NCBI GenBank assembly: GCA_965279035.1
Contig: OZ257142.1
Location: 1,376,001-1,440,000, forward strand
Source of the DNA: Bacteroidia bacterium
Lineage (GTDB): Bacteria; Bacteroidota; Bacteroidia; M30B66
Length of the DNA stretch: 64,000 nucleotides
Direction: 5' to 3'
Made by a program: the position numbers and the translations under genes. Below the pieces are notes generated by a model. The model worked only from the letters and a program-made list of their open reading frames with translations, had not been told where the DNA came from and made no database searches. Of this stretch, positions 40,830 to 51,849 are shown piece by piece (within the stretch, counting starts at the first letter, position 1; the number at the start of each line of letters is the position of its first letter).

Positions 40830-42563
40830 TTAAATCGGGTAATCTTGCTTAGCCCATTTTTTATAATTGGACTTTTGGTTTTCACTTGCAGCAGAATCAA
40901 ATTCAATTTCTCGACTTACAAACCAATTTTTTCCTGAAGATTCAAGCTCCACTACTTTCAACTGTTCTCTTGAAAATACATGAATCATCAGTCGCTCCTT
41001 ATTAGAGGAAACAATTGACCAGTTTTGATTAACTCTTCGATTATCGCAAGCAAGAACGATATCTCCTACCATGAGACCTGATTGTTCGGCTGGCGAACCT
41101 GGTGCAAGTAAGGCGATGCTTGTTTGTCCAGCGTTTTCTAAAATCTTAAATCCAAATCGATGTTCTGCATCTGAAAATGGAAACTGCATTTTCAAATTCA
41201 TTCCAATACGTTCAAAACAGCGGACTAATTCAGGTTCAAAGTCTTTGGTTCCATCAATATAATCCGAATAAAAAGCACTGAAATCGATAGTGGAAATTTC
41301 CTTCAGATGGTTTAAAATACTTTCCTTCGAATAAGAAATCCCCTTTTGGGCATCCTGATATAAACGTCGAATAAGTTCATCCACACAAACTTCATCGATT
41401 GTTTTTTCACGAATCAAACTATCAATCATAAAAGTAATGAGACTTCCTTCCACATAAATGGATGTTTTACGGTTAGGAATTCCTGGTACATATCCATCGA
41501 GCCATGTATCAAACGAAGCTTCCGCAACGGGCTGGTTGAATCGACCATAATTGGTGAAATGACGTTTCAGTTTATCGTTGAGCGTTTTTAAATAACGTGT
41601 GCTATCGAAAACTCCCGATCGCAATAAAAATTGATCACCATACCATGTGGTGATTCCCTCATAAACCCATCCTAAACGACTATAGTTTTCATAGGTAAAA
41701 TCATAGGGTGACATTTCACTTGGACGAATCGTTTTGATGTTCCAAGCGTGAAACAATTCATGAGAACTCACTCCCAATAATTCATCATAAAAATCGGTAC
41801 TGAACACCTTGTTTCCAGGACCTAAAGCGCAAACCGTGCTGTATGTATGCTCAACACCATGGTAAAAAAATACAGGAAGAATTTGAAAAAGAAAATGATA
41901 ATCTCGTCCCGGTAAATTGCCTACAGTGAGGAGTTGTTCTTTGCAGAATTTTCTAAAATCAATGCTCAGTCTTTGCCAATCGGGTTGAACATCACCCATA
42001 AACCAGAGGTGAAAAATATGTTCCGACTCATCGAGTTCGAGGTGTTGTAATCCGGCAGATGCGATAAAAGGAGAGTCGGCTAATTGATCGAAATTTTCGC
42101 ACTCAAATGCAAATAGGTTCTCCAATGGTTTTAAGTTCGTAGCAATTTGATAAGAACTAGGAACGACAATTTCCAAACGGCAGGCTTCATTCATTCGTTC
42201 TGGAATAAAGACGCAACAGTTCACTGGATTCACATACAATTGTGCATCATCGAGGTAGCTCGATCCAGCATTTAATTCGGCAGCATAATAAGTGTAAATC
42301 ACACTGAATTCAGACGTTTTGCCACATTCTACTTCCCATAAATCTTTCTTGATTTTGTGAAAATGAATTGCTTTTCCATCAACATCTTCCACCCGAAAAC
42401 TCCGAATATTCTTAGCAAAATTTCCTAATTCATAACGACCTGGACGCCATGATGGAAGCTGAACTTGCACTTTTTCATCTGAATTTCCCTTCACAGTAAA
42501 GGTGATTTCAATTAACTGTGAACCTGGATTACTATACCCAATTTTATAGAGAAGTTGATGCAT
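40830..42563 (-). CDS. M61 glycyl aminopeptidase-family metallopeptidase with PDZ domain
   Basis: LPSWRPGRY, HGVEH..ST, SHELFHAWNIK, WVYEGITTWY, PDZ GSPAEQSGL; ATG at 42563. Confidence 0.9.
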   Translation of the reverse strand: MHQLLYKIGYSNPGSQLIEITFTVKGNSDEKVQVQLPSWRPGRYELGNFAKNIRSFRVEDVDGKAIHFHKIKKDLWEVECGKTSEFSVIYTYYAAELNAGSSYLDDAQLYVNPVNCCVFIPERMNEACRLEIVVPSSYQIATNLKPLENLFAFECENFDQLADSPFIASAGLQHLELDESEHIFHLWFMGDVQPDWQRLSIDFRKFCKEQLLTVGNLPGRDYHFLFQILPVFFYHGVEHTYSTVCALGPGNKVFSTDFYDELLGVSSHELFHAWNIKTIRPSEMSPYDFTYENYSRLGWVYEGITTWYGDQFLLRSGVFDSTRYLKTLNDKLKRHFTNYGRFNQPVAEASFDTWLDGYVPGIPNRKTSIYVEGSLITFMIDSLIREKTIDEVCVDELIRRLYQDAQKGISYSKESILNHLKEISTIDFSAFYSDYIDGTKDFEPELVRCFERIGMNLKMQFPFSDAEHRFGFKILENAGQTSIALLAPGSPAEQSGLMVGDIVLACDNRRVNQNWSIVSSNKERLMIHVFSREQLKVVELESSGKNWFVSREIEFDSAASENQKSNYKKWAKQDYPI

Positions 42564-42565
42564 AA

Positions 42566-44194
42566 TCAATGTTGTAATGGAAGAGGAATTGGGTTGCCCG
42601 ATGTGGCATTGGGAAACGGAATATTGAGTAGCCAGCTTACTGTTGGTGCAATATCGTCGATGTAATATGGAAGAGCTGTTTCTCCATGTGCGATTTTCCA
42701 ACCATACCAGAGCATTGGTACGCGTGTATCGTAATTGTAGGATGTTCCGTGTGTTGTACCGGTTGGATGATATTCCATCCAATTAGGCTCCATCGTGATA
42801 ATCACATTTCCAGATCGTTTGGGATGAAATCCTTTTTGGACAAGGTGATTGCTTCCAGTAGTGAATTCGTTTCGTCGTAAATCGCCAGCTGTGATGGTAC
42901 TGTGAATTCCTTTTACTTTAAGTAACCAATCAGCAACAAGCAATTCGGTTTCAGAGATATTTGTCCCATTGGCTTTCAACGCCTCTTCATTCAAATACAC
43001 TTGATCGTTGAATATGCCAATGATGTTGCTATCGATACCGGTTTGAGTTTTCAACCAGGTTTTCAATTCAGCTTCTACAGGAACATAATTCATATAACCT
43101 CCGGGTGCACGTAGATCCATCAAATACTTGGGAACCGTTGCACCACCGTGGTCAGCAGTTAGAAATACTACAAGATTTTCCTTCCCCACATACGCTTCAA
43201 TTGAATCTAACATGTAGTTCAAATCAGCATCAAGGCGCAAATACACATCTTCGGTTTCAACGGCATCGGTTCCGAAATAATGTCCAATGTAATCGGTTGA
43301 TGAAAAGCTCACACAAAGCATATCGGTAAAAGCACCTTTGCCCAATTTCTCTTGGGAGATGAGTTCAAGTGCTAAGTCCTTAGTTAAGCTATTTCCAAAC
43401 GGTGTAGCACGAATCAAATTCTGTCCATCGTTGGTTGCCATAAGTTGTTTTAGATTGTATGGAAACGTGACGGATGTTGTGCCTTTGTATGGTGATTCGT
43501 AAGGTGTTTGATCAGGGAGACTTTCGGTGTATTGATCAATGGGTAAAAACGTAGTCCAAGGTTGAGAAAGATAGGCGAGTGCTTTTTGTTTCTTATTGAA
43601 TTCTACCAACCATTTTGGGAGTTCTTTACAATAAAAACTGCTACTTACAAAATTCCCAGTAGCTCCATCAAACCAATATGCTGCATTAGCAATATGACCA
43701 GCCGGGAGAATGGCTGCTCGATCTTTCAACGCAATTCCATACACCCGTGAACCTAGTTTACTGGCCACGCGCAATTCATCGCCAACCGTGGTGCTCAGCA
43801 AATTGCGAGGCGACATTTGTCCCACTTTTTCGGTAGAGCTTCCTACTGTTTTTACACTTGGATCTTCGGAGCAATAAATCGAGCGATTGGTTTCACGGTT
43901 GAACCAATCGTTGGAGATGATTCCATGACGTTCGGGTGTTGTGCCGGTGTATATGGATGAATGCCCGGGGCCGGTATAGGTAGGTACGTAATTGTATTGC
44001 AAATTTTTACACTGAAAGCCTTGATTGACGAGACGCTTAAATCCTCCATCGCCGTATTTATTCCAGTATTTATAAATGTAATCGAAACGCATTTGGTCAA
44101 CGACAATTCCCACAATGAGTTTAGGAGCTTTGTTGTTTTGAGCTGAAAGGAAATGCGATATGAAAAGGAAAATAGTAAGAAATCGGATAGCCAT
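42566..44194 (-). CDS. pafA: Alkaline phosphatase PafA family
   Basis: GIVVDQMRFDY, PTYTGPGH (Thr nucleophile), LKDRAAILPAGH, STDYIGH, TADHG, TTHG. Confidence 0.9.
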   Translation of the reverse strand: MAIRFLTIFLFISHFLSAQNNKAPKLIVGIVVDQMRFDYIYKYWNKYGDGGFKRLVNQGFQCKNLQYNYVPTYTGPGHSSIYTGTTPERHGIISNDWFNRETNRSIYCSEDPSVKTVGSSTEKVGQMSPRNLLSTTVGDELRVASKLGSRVYGIALKDRAAILPAGHIANAAYWFDGATGNFVSSSFYCKELPKWLVEFNKKQKALAYLSQPWTTFLPIDQYTESLPDQTPYESPYKGTTSVTFPYNLKQLMATNDGQNLIRATPFGNSLTKDLALELISQEKLGKGAFTDMLCVSFSSTDYIGHYFGTDAVETEDVYLRLDADLNYMLDSIEAYVGKENLVVFLTADHGGATVPKYLMDLRAPGGYMNYVPVEAELKTWLKTQTGIDSNIIGIFNDQVYLNEEALKANGTNISETELLVADWLLKVKGIHSTITAGDLRRNEFTTGSNHLVQKGFHPKRSGNVIITMEPNWMEYHPTGTTHGTSYNYDTRVPMLWYGWKIAHGETALPYYIDDIAPTVSWLLNIPFPNATSGNPIPLPLQH

Positions 44195-44313
44195 AAATTT
44201 GAAGATTGTGGTAAAAGTAGGGAAAGCGAATTTTATAAAGAATGGAAAGGCTTTGCTTTATTGAATAGGATTTTAAAGCATTATTTCAATCCAGTCTGGG
44301 TTGGACTGAAAAC

Positions 44314-44340
44314 AAAAAATCCCGGCAGAACCAGGATTTT
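44314..44340 (-). terminator. Probable terminator after DUF2911
   Basis: Minus strand AAAATCCTGG-TTCTG-CCGGGATTTTTT. Confidence 0.65.
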
Positions 44341-44358
44341 CAGTAGAATCATGAAAAT

Positions 44359-45231
44359 TTATTTTTTGCTTTTCATTCCCGTTGGAATCTTTGGCGTCCA
44401 CTCAGTAATGCGATCAGTATTCATTTTTACATAAGCATCGTCTTCGTCTGTTAAAGCAAGAGCTTTTGCTTTTCCTGCTGTTTCAACGGCTCCTTTATAA
44501 TCTTTTAAGCCTGCTTGAATTTGAGCTTTCAAACTCAAAATCCAGTACTTCTCTCCACCTTTTTCGAGCGCTTTATTCACATATTCCAATGCCTTGTTGA
44601 GGTCTTTTCCATTGTTGAAATAATACGAAGCAGCACTATTGTAAGATCCTGCCGAAGGACCAGCCATCACATCGTCAATTTGTTTCATGACACGCGCATC
44701 AAATTCTACCTGAACCTCGAATGAAACTCGTGTGTTTTCCCAAGTCAATTCAATGTTAGCAGCATTGTCGCGAAGATTCCCAAAACCGATAGTGAAGCTT
44801 TCTACCGAAGGTGAAATAGCTACTGGTTTTGCTTTAAAACGTATTTGATCATCGGTTTCTTTATACTCACTTGTACCCGATTGTTTGGCTTTTTTATTTA
44901 GAATGATAGTCCACTCCGTTGCTCCTGGAATGGTGAAGAATGAATATTCTCCTGCTGGAATTTTTGTTCCATTGATACTAAATTCATCGGTCGACTTAAA
45001 TACAGTTGCCATATTAGCGCCTGTTCTCCAAAGTTTATCGAAAGGAACAACATCGCCCCATACTTTGCGTCCTTTAGCACTTGGACGAGAATAGGTAATG
45101 GTGAATTCTGACAATCCAACTTTTTGTGTTACTGTGCTGAGAGGACTTGGACGAGGTGTTTCAATTTGCTGTGCTGAAAGAGAACTAATACCTGCGAAAA
45201 AAGTAAATGCAATGAGGAGATGTTTTTTCAT
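44359..45231 (-). CDS. DUF2911 domain protein with C-terminal TPR
   Basis: PRPSP, YSRPSAKGR, WRTGAN, GEYSFFTIP, L.WEN. Confidence 0.9.
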   Translation of the reverse strand: MKKHLLIAFTFFAGISSLSAQQIETPRPSPLSTVTQKVGLSEFTITYSRPSAKGRKVWGDVVPFDKLWRTGANMATVFKSTDEFSINGTKIPAGEYSFFTIPGATEWTIILNKKAKQSGTSEYKETDDQIRFKAKPVAISPSVESFTIGFGNLRDNAANIELTWENTRVSFEVQVEFDARVMKQIDDVMAGPSAGSYNSAASYYFNNGKDLNKALEYVNKALEKGGEKYWILSLKAQIQAGLKDYKGAVETAGKAKALALTDEDDAYVKMNTDRITEWTPKIPTGMKSKK

Positions 45232-45238
45232 TTGAAGA

Positions 45239-46858
45239 TTATGGGTTTACTATGATTGATAATGCTTTTGAAACACCATTCATGCGAGCACGAACGTAAT
45301 AAACGCCCGCAGAAAGATGAGCTGTTGACCAAGAAATGCTGTGTTTTCCAGCATCTAATTCTTGGTTTGTAATAAGTTGAACAAGGGTGCCTTTTCGATC
45401 GTAGGCAGCAATTTGAACTTTACCAGCTGTTTTCAAATCAAGCAATAATGATGTTGAATTACTTGCCGGATTGGGTGAGCACGAAAAGGAAGAAAGTGAC
45501 AAACGTGCTTCGAGCATATGAGTTACAATGCCAGTATCGGAAGAAGTACGAACAATATATACTGCATACACTTGCGTATTCGCCGAACTCATACTCGCAT
45601 CAATGGAACTAATATTGGCCATTGGACTCCAAATGCCTCCAACGAGATAGCCAGCTAATTGTCGCTCTTCTTGCAATTTATTTACATCGATAATCGCATC
45701 CATTTTTAGTGGTAAACCCGGTGCGGGAATGAACTCCATGTTGGAACCAAGAAACTCCGGAAAATGAATAGGTAACTGCTCTTCCACAAGCGTTCCATCA
45801 CCATATCGGCTAATTCGACTGATGGTTTTAACAAATGGTACGAGTGTATCATCAACCAGATCTCCACTGGTTGAATCGATCGTAAATCGACTCATTCCGC
45901 CGAAGAAGTAGGAATGCATCACGTTTCCTGTCGAATCGTACACCGGCATTACAGCACTATGATATTGGCTCAAATGCTGATCAAAGTTGGGTACTACATT
46001 CGCCGAGGTCGGTGTAATATCGATAGTGTTGAGGTAAGGAAGATTTGCTTGGTATTGAAACACTCCAGAAAATGCAGTAAAACCCTTATCGCCATTTGGG
46101 AAAATCTGAGGAATTAAGTTATAATCGCGACGATGAAAATTGACTGAATCTCGAATTGCAGAATAATCGCTAATGGAGAGATTTGTTCCATCATCATTAA
46201 TCAAAAACGAGCGTATTTCATTGCTATATTTTTGAACGAAAAAAGCATTATTGGGATTGTTTACCGCATAAATACCATCGAATCGATGTCCAAATACCAA
46301 GTAAAAACGATCATCAATTTTTTTCAAATGTGATCCACTGATTGCTAAAACCGAATCGCTTATTTGGCGAAAGCAGGATTCGATCTCCGAGCCGTTTACA
46401 ACAGCATCATGCAAGCAACTTAGGTCGATGGAAGTTAGGGTTGAAAAGGTTTTGAAGTCATTCACTGATTCGCTCCAGCCATAACCACCTACCATGTATA
46501 GTCGATTTCCTTCTTGGTAAAATGGAATATTAGATGAACTTAATGGTTCGTATAAATTGATTGGTAGATTCGATAAAGAAGCTGACCATTTTTCTCCAGA
46601 AATTGGATCTATCACCCATACGCTTTCGTTTTTTCCGCTGTTAGGAAAAGCAAAAGGTGATTGAAATCCATGAAGTCCATTGATTCTTCCTCCTACAAAA
46701 ATCCATCTTCCATTATACGTTGCAACAGCGCCTGAATGAATTCCGGGCATTTCGGCAAGTGCAAAAGAGTCGATTTCAATACGAAATGAATCGATCTGTG
46801 CCGGAAGTGTCAATGGTAAACCAAGGAAACACAGAATTTGAAATAAGCGGAGAATCAT
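45239..46858 (-). CDS. Kelch-like beta-propeller protein with T9SS C-terminal sorting domain
   Basis: Signal peptide; FVGG, MVGGYG and FFGG blades; C-terminal SPNPAS...LSAGVYYVR. Confidence 0.75.
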   Translation of the reverse strand: MILRLFQILCFLGLPLTLPAQIDSFRIEIDSFALAEMPGIHSGAVATYNGRWIFVGGRINGLHGFQSPFAFPNSGKNESVWVIDPISGEKWSASLSNLPINLYEPLSSSNIPFYQEGNRLYMVGGYGWSESVNDFKTFSTLTSIDLSCLHDAVVNGSEIESCFRQISDSVLAISGSHLKKIDDRFYLVFGHRFDGIYAVNNPNNAFFVQKYSNEIRSFLINDDGTNLSISDYSAIRDSVNFHRRDYNLIPQIFPNGDKGFTAFSGVFQYQANLPYLNTIDITPTSANVVPNFDQHLSQYHSAVMPVYDSTGNVMHSYFFGGMSRFTIDSTSGDLVDDTLVPFVKTISRISRYGDGTLVEEQLPIHFPEFLGSNMEFIPAPGLPLKMDAIIDVNKLQEERQLAGYLVGGIWSPMANISSIDASMSSANTQVYAVYIVRTSSDTGIVTHMLEARLSLSSFSCSPNPASNSTSLLLDLKTAGKVQIAAYDRKGTLVQLITNQELDAGKHSISWSTAHLSAGVYYVRARMNGVSKALSIIVNP

Positions 46859-48984
46859 TATTGGTGAACAAGTTTGATGACGTGTTGATCTGCTATCCCA
46901 TTTAAGCGTAGAAAATAGATACCTGCTGGTTGAGAAGATAAATCAATGTCGATGTTTTGGATTTCACTTGAAAGTTTCAAAGTTTTTGAAAAACACTTCT
47001 GTCCAGTAACTGTAAACACATCAAAACTCTTCCACGATGATGAAGACGTATTTAAACGCAACATCGTTTTTTCATGAAATGGATTAGGAAGCACATGAAT
47101 TTCAGGATTAGTCAAGTCGTTTATGCTCAAACAAGATTCAACCGTTAAAGTAACTGAAGCAATAGCTGAACAGGAATTCGCATCCGTATAGGTGTATGAA
47201 ATAACATGTTGACCTATGCCTGCAAGGGCTGGATCGAAGGTATTTCCAGAAACTCCAGTTCCCGATAATGCTCCTCCTTCTGGAGAAACTTGAGGTGTTT
47301 CTATTGCAGAGTCAATACAAAAACTCGCAGCAGAAACAGCTATGGATGCGGATGGTAATGGATTAATAGTAATATCTAAATCAACAGGATTCGCAACACA
47401 TCCATCACTTGTTGTATAGTTATACGTTACAACATAAGTTCCTGGTGCAACGGATGTTGGATCGAAGCTTCCTTCAGTTACACCAGTTCCGGTGAAATTT
47501 CCGCCCGATGGTGTTCCTGTTAATGCAATAGGTGCAAATGAATCTGAGCAAACAGTACTATCTTCAGCCGAAGCTGATAATACTGGCACTGCATATACAA
47601 TTAAAGTTAGAGAATCTGAAGTTGATGTTGGAACACCAGTGCGAGTAACTTCGACTTTATATATACCCGATTCTGTCGCACCATATTGAAAAGAAGTTGC
47701 TCCAGTAATGGCAACATCGTCTTTATACCATTGATAGGTCAATAATGGATTGTAACCAGTTTTAAATGTTCTTGTTTCACCTTGACAAATGGCTAAATCA
47801 CCATCTGCATTGATGAGTGCCATTGGGCTGCCATCGGGACTTGTTAAACGATTAATTTTCCCAGTTTGTTGAGCCAAATAGACTTCACCATAAGCATCTT
47901 CGCCAAAAGTGGTAAAGCTATTTGTTACATATACGCCGTGATCGGTAGAAGTTGCTAATCCATTTCCATTAGGTATCAATGACCAAATGCGGCCGCTGCA
48001 ATAATCTGTTACGAAATAACGCCCATAAAGGGATGCATATAAATTTCCTCGATCAACAAATCCTCCTGTAATGGAGCATCCATTTGTTGCTCCATGTTGA
48101 TATTCGAAAACAGGATCGGTACGATTGGGTGCAGTACAGGAAGAAGAGAAAGAATGCAATCCTTCGCGACATTTCCAACCATAATTTTGCCCACCAGTAT
48201 CGGGTGCTTGAATAAAATCTACTTCTTCATACGTGTCTTGTCCAACATCACCAATCCATAAATCACCTGTTAAACGGTCGAAGCTATAACGCCATGGGTT
48301 TCGAACTCCAATAGCCCATATTTCATCGAGAATATTGTCGCCAGCTTCAAGAAATGGATTTGTAGGAGGAATTGAATATCCTGTAGCTCCACTTACATCA
48401 ATACGTAACATTTTCCCCAAACGAGTTGCTCCATTTTGTCCATTTCCAGATGGATCACCAGCACTACCGCCATCTCCCATTCCGATGTATAAATAACCGT
48501 CTGGACCAAATGCGATATTCCCACCATTGTGATTGGAATACGGCTGTGTTACTGTAAATAAAATCTCTTCAGAAGCCGCATCGCCTGCATTGGGATCGGA
48601 AGAAACAGTAAAGCGCGATACAGTTGTATTTCCAGTCCCAGTTTGGTTGGTATAATTCACATAAAATCGACCACTTGTAGCATAATCAGGAGCGAAAGCA
48701 AGACCGAGTAAACCTTGTTCATTGCCAGTGCTTTTTACACGTGAAACGATATTGAGAAATGTTGTTGCTGTAGTAACACCTCCAACTGCGTATGGATCAA
48801 AAAATTTGATTCTACCAGGAGCTTCTGTGAAGAATAGTCGAGCATCGCCGCAATGGGTGATGCAGGTAATTTTATTCGTAGGTGAAGTGGTGATATTGGC
48901 AACTTGCGTTAAGACAACAGTGGGTGTTTGAGCAAACAAACCTGTTGATGTACAAATCAGAATTGAAAGGAAAAGTTGTTTCAT
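46858..48984 (-). CDS. PQQ-dependent sugar dehydrogenase (GSDH-like) + Ig-like repeats + T9SS sorting domain
   Basis: EQGLLGLAF.PDY, NHNGG.I.FGPDGYLYIGMGDGG, GVRNPWR.SFD, DVGQ, NYGW; C-terminal PNPF...GIYFLR. Confidence 0.9.
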   Translation of the reverse strand: MKQLFLSILICTSTGLFAQTPTVVLTQVANITTSPTNKITCITHCGDARLFFTEAPGRIKFFDPYAVGGVTTATTFLNIVSRVKSTGNEQGLLGLAFAPDYATSGRFYVNYTNQTGTGNTTVSRFTVSSDPNAGDAASEEILFTVTQPYSNHNGGNIAFGPDGYLYIGMGDGGSAGDPSGNGQNGATRLGKMLRIDVSGATGYSIPPTNPFLEAGDNILDEIWAIGVRNPWRYSFDRLTGDLWIGDVGQDTYEEVDFIQAPDTGGQNYGWKCREGLHSFSSSCTAPNRTDPVFEYQHGATNGCSITGGFVDRGNLYASLYGRYFVTDYCSGRIWSLIPNGNGLATSTDHGVYVTNSFTTFGEDAYGEVYLAQQTGKINRLTSPDGSPMALINADGDLAICQGETRTFKTGYNPLLTYQWYKDDVAITGATSFQYGATESGIYKVEVTRTGVPTSTSDSLTLIVYAVPVLSASAEDSTVCSDSFAPIALTGTPSGGNFTGTGVTEGSFDPTSVAPGTYVVTYNYTTSDGCVANPVDLDITINPLPSASIAVSAASFCIDSAIETPQVSPEGGALSGTGVSGNTFDPALAGIGQHVISYTYTDANSCSAIASVTLTVESCLSINDLTNPEIHVLPNPFHEKTMLRLNTSSSSWKSFDVFTVTGQKCFSKTLKLSSEIQNIDIDLSSQPAGIYFLRLNGIADQHVIKLVHQ

Positions 48985-49002
48985 TCGGGTTGGGTTGATT
49001 GC

Positions 49003-49623
49003 TTATTTATTTAATTCAGCAAATATCTTTTTCGCATCAAATTTCTTTGCTGCTTTTCCTTTACGAATGATCTTGATTGATTCAATCGTATCTCCTTGAA
49101 CTATGGCATCTACTACTTCTTGTCCAGTAATAACATGACCGAAAATAGTATGTTTCCCATCTAACCAAGGTGTCGCTTTGTGAGTGATAAAGAATTGACT
49201 ACCATTCGTTTTAGGACCAGCATTGGCCATCGACAAAATTCCAGGACCGGTATGTTTTAATTCTGGTACAATTTCATCTTTGAATTTATATCCTGGACCA
49301 CCAGTTCCATTTCCTGCAGGATCTCCACCTTGTATCATGAAATCTTTAATCACACGATGAAACTTGAGTCCATCGTAAAAAGGCTCTCCCGGTTTTTTCG
49401 CTGTATTCTCAATTTTTCCTTCAGCCAAGCCAACAAAATTAGCCACTGTTAAAGGTGTTTTTTCGAATTCAAGTTGTAGGAAAATAATACCCTTGCTGGT
49501 TTTAATTTCAGCATACATCCCATTTTCTAATTTTGGTTTTTTGGGTTTGTTACCTTTTGCATCAAGGGTTGCAGGTTGTAAAAGTAAGAGAGTAAATAAA
49601 CTTAGAAGAACTGTTTTAAACAT
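49003..49623 (-). CDS. Cyclophilin-type peptidyl-prolyl isomerase, exported
   Basis: [43 protein letters not shown]. Confidence 0.95.
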   Translation of the reverse strand: MFKTVLLSLFTLLLLQPATLDAKGNKPKKPKLENGMYAEIKTSKGIIFLQLEFEKTPLTVANFVGLAEGKIENTAKKPGEPFYDGLKFHRVIKDFMIQGGDPAGNGTGGPGYKFKDEIVPELKHTGPGILSMANAGPKTNGSQFFITHKATPWLDGKHTIFGHVITGQEVVDAIVQGDTIESIKIIRKGKAAKKFDAKKIFAELNK

Positions 49624-49654
49624 GGATTGATTCGATTGATGGGTGAGTAAAAAG

Positions 49655-49686
49655 AAAAAGCCTATCCGATAATTCAGACAGGCTTT
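49655..49686 (-). terminator. Probable terminator after the BI-1/YccA gene
   Basis: Minus strand AAAGCCTGTCTG...CGGATAGGCTTTTT. Confidence 0.6.
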
Positions 49687-49701
49687 CGAATGAATGATGA
49701 A

Positions 49702-50409
49702 TTAGTCGCGACGTCCGAACAAACGGAGAAGGAATAAGAAGAGATTGATAAAATCGAGGTAAAGTGTTAGCGCTCCAATGATAGATGCTCGTTTTCCTTC
49801 GGATGAATTAACATCCATGGAAGCACTTATATTTTTGATTTTTTGAGTATCATAAGCAACCAATCCTACAAAAATGGCAACACCTACATAGCTGATAATC
49901 CAGTAAAGTGTTTCACTTTGGAGGAAGAAATTTGCAATGGAAGCAATGATGATTCCCACTAAAGCCATTAATGCTAAATTTCCAATGCGTGTTAAATCAG
50001 CTTTAGTTGTGAAGCCATATATGCTCATCACTGCAAAGGTTCCAGCTGTAATAAAAAAGGTAAGTGCAATGGAGCCAGATGTAAATAGGAAGAATATCGA
50101 AGCCAAGGTTAAGCCATTGATTGCTGCATAGGCAATAAAGACAAGGGATGCAACAGTTGGCGACATCTTTTGAACGGCCACTACAAGTGATCCAACAAGT
50201 AAAAGCTCTCCGATGATTAATCCGTAAAATACAAGCTTGCTGCTGAAAATAAATTCGGTAAGCGCTGGAGTCATTGCTGTATACATTGCAGCAAAGGCAG
50301 TAATAACCAAGGCAATGGTCATCCATCCATACACTTTTGTCATAAAAGCTGCCGTGGCAGTTTCGCTACTTTGACTTAGAGTAAGTTGATCGATTGGGTC
50401 TTGATACAT
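49702..50409 (-). CDS. Bax inhibitor-1/YccA (YbhL-like) membrane protein
   Basis: FMTKVYGWM, AYDTQKIK, GALTLYLDFINLFLFLLR. Confidence 0.92.
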   Translation of the reverse strand: MYQDPIDQLTLSQSSETATAAFMTKVYGWMTIALVITAFAAMYTAMTPALTEFIFSSKLVFYGLIIGELLLVGSLVVAVQKMSPTVASLVFIAYAAINGLTLASIFFLFTSGSIALTFFITAGTFAVMSIYGFTTKADLTRIGNLALMALVGIIIASIANFFLQSETLYWIISYVGVAIFVGLVAYDTQKIKNISASMDVNSSEGKRASIIGALTLYLDFINLFLFLLRLFGRRD

Positions 50410-50565
50410 GGTGTTTAATTTTGGATAAAGGTAAACAGATTGATTCAATTGATTTTTTCAAAACGAAATTTGAAGGAGTATTTTAGTTCCAATTCAATGT
50501 ATGATATACTGTATTAAGCACAGGAATATTTTGAATAACATAAAACCTCCGAATGACAGGAAAAA

Positions 50566-51849
50566 TCAATAACCATATTTTTCTTTCCATAATCGTTTTA
50601 AACGTTCGCGCATTTCATTTTCACGTGCATTGATACCCGGTTCAAACAAGGTATTACCTTTAATCTGTTCAGGTAAAAACTCCAAATCGATGAAATTGTT
50701 TTCGAATTGATGAGCATACTGATAGTCTTCACCATAGCCTAATTCTTTCATCAATTTGGTTGGTGCATTTCGAAGATGCAGAGGGATAGGTAAATCTCCC
50801 GTTTCATCAACCAACTTCTTGGCAGCACCAATCGCTTTATACGATGCATTGCTTTTGGGTGAACATGCTAAATAAATAGCAGTTTGACTCAAGATGAGAG
50901 TACATTCAGGATAGCCTATCACACTGATTGCTTGAAAGCAGTTATTGGCCATGATCAAAGCGGTTGGATTGGCATTTCCAATATCTTCAGAAGAAAGAAT
51001 GAGCATTCTGCGAGCAATAAATTTAGGATCTTCACCACCTGCAATCATGCGTGCTAAGTAGTATACCGCCGCATTGGGATCGCTTCCTCGCATACTTTTA
51101 ATAAAAGCCGAAACGATATCGTAATGCTGCTCTCCCGATTTATCGTAACGCGCTTGATTTTCTTGTAATACCGAAGTTACTGATTGATTATTGATCAACA
51201 CAGGATCATCTCCCGTATGTGTATTGACAACCAATTCGAATAGATTCAGCAATTTGCGCGCATCGCCACCCGAATAACGCATCAAAGCATCAGTTTCTAT
51301 CAATTCAATTTCTCGATGTTTGAGATAACGATCTTCTTTCATCGAGCGTTCGAGCATTCCTAAAAGATCCTCTTTTCCCAAGGATTGAAGCACATACACT
51401 TGGCATCTGGAAAGTAAAGCCGGAATAACTTCAAACGAAGGATTTTCGGTTGTAGCACCAATCAATGTAACAATGCCGCGTTCAACAGCACCTAGCAATG
51501 AATCTTGTTGGGATTTACTAAAACGATGTATCTCATCGATAAACAATACAGGCTTTCTAAGTAAACCACCTTGTTTAGAGGCAAGATCAATAATTTCTCT
51601 CACTTCTTTCACACCTGAGGCAATGGCACTTAAGGTGAAAAATGGAGCGTCACTGGCTTCGGCTAATAATCGAGCTAAGGTAGTTTTTCCCACTCCGGGC
51701 GGTCCCCAAAGTAGTAAGGAGGGAAGTGGAAGCTTTTGTTTGATCAGTTTTGATAATACAGAACCATCACCCAACAAATGAGATTGACCTACATATCCTT
51801 CGAGCGTTGTAGGTCGCATACGTTCAGCTAATGGTTCGTTTGCGCTCAT
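50566..51849 (-). CDS. rarA: Replication-associated recombination protein A
   Basis: PLAERMRP, WGPPGVGKTT, FIDEIHRF, GATTENPSF, SAFIKSMRGSD, SEDIGNA. Confidence 0.96.
   Translation of the reverse strand: MSANEPLAERMRPTTLEGYVGQSHLLGDGSVLSKLIKQKLPLPSLLLWGPPGVGKTTLARLLAEASDAPFFTLSAIASGVKEVREIIDLASKQGGLLRKPVLFIDEIHRFSKSQQDSLLGAVERGIVTLIGATTENPSFEVIPALLSRCQVYVLQSLGKEDLLGMLERSMKEDRYLKHREIELIETDALMRYSGGDARKLLNLFELVVNTHTGDDPVLINNQSVTSVLQENQARYDKSGEQHYDIVSAFIKSMRGSDPNAAVYYLARMIAGGEDPKFIARRMLILSSEDIGNANPTALIMANNCFQAISVIGYPECTLILSQTAIYLACSPKSNASYKAIGAAKKLVDETGDLPIPLHLRNAPTKLMKELGYGEDYQYAHQFENNFIDLEFLPEQIKGNTLFEPGINARENEMRERLKRLWKEKYGY

Noticed and set aside
42564-42782. 73-aa N-terminal extension of the M61 peptidase ORF
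   Set aside because: It lies inside pafA. The ATG at 42563, just after the pafA stop, is the plausible start. The extensions of infC (2858) and the transglutaminase-like gene (9895) were rejected for the same reason.
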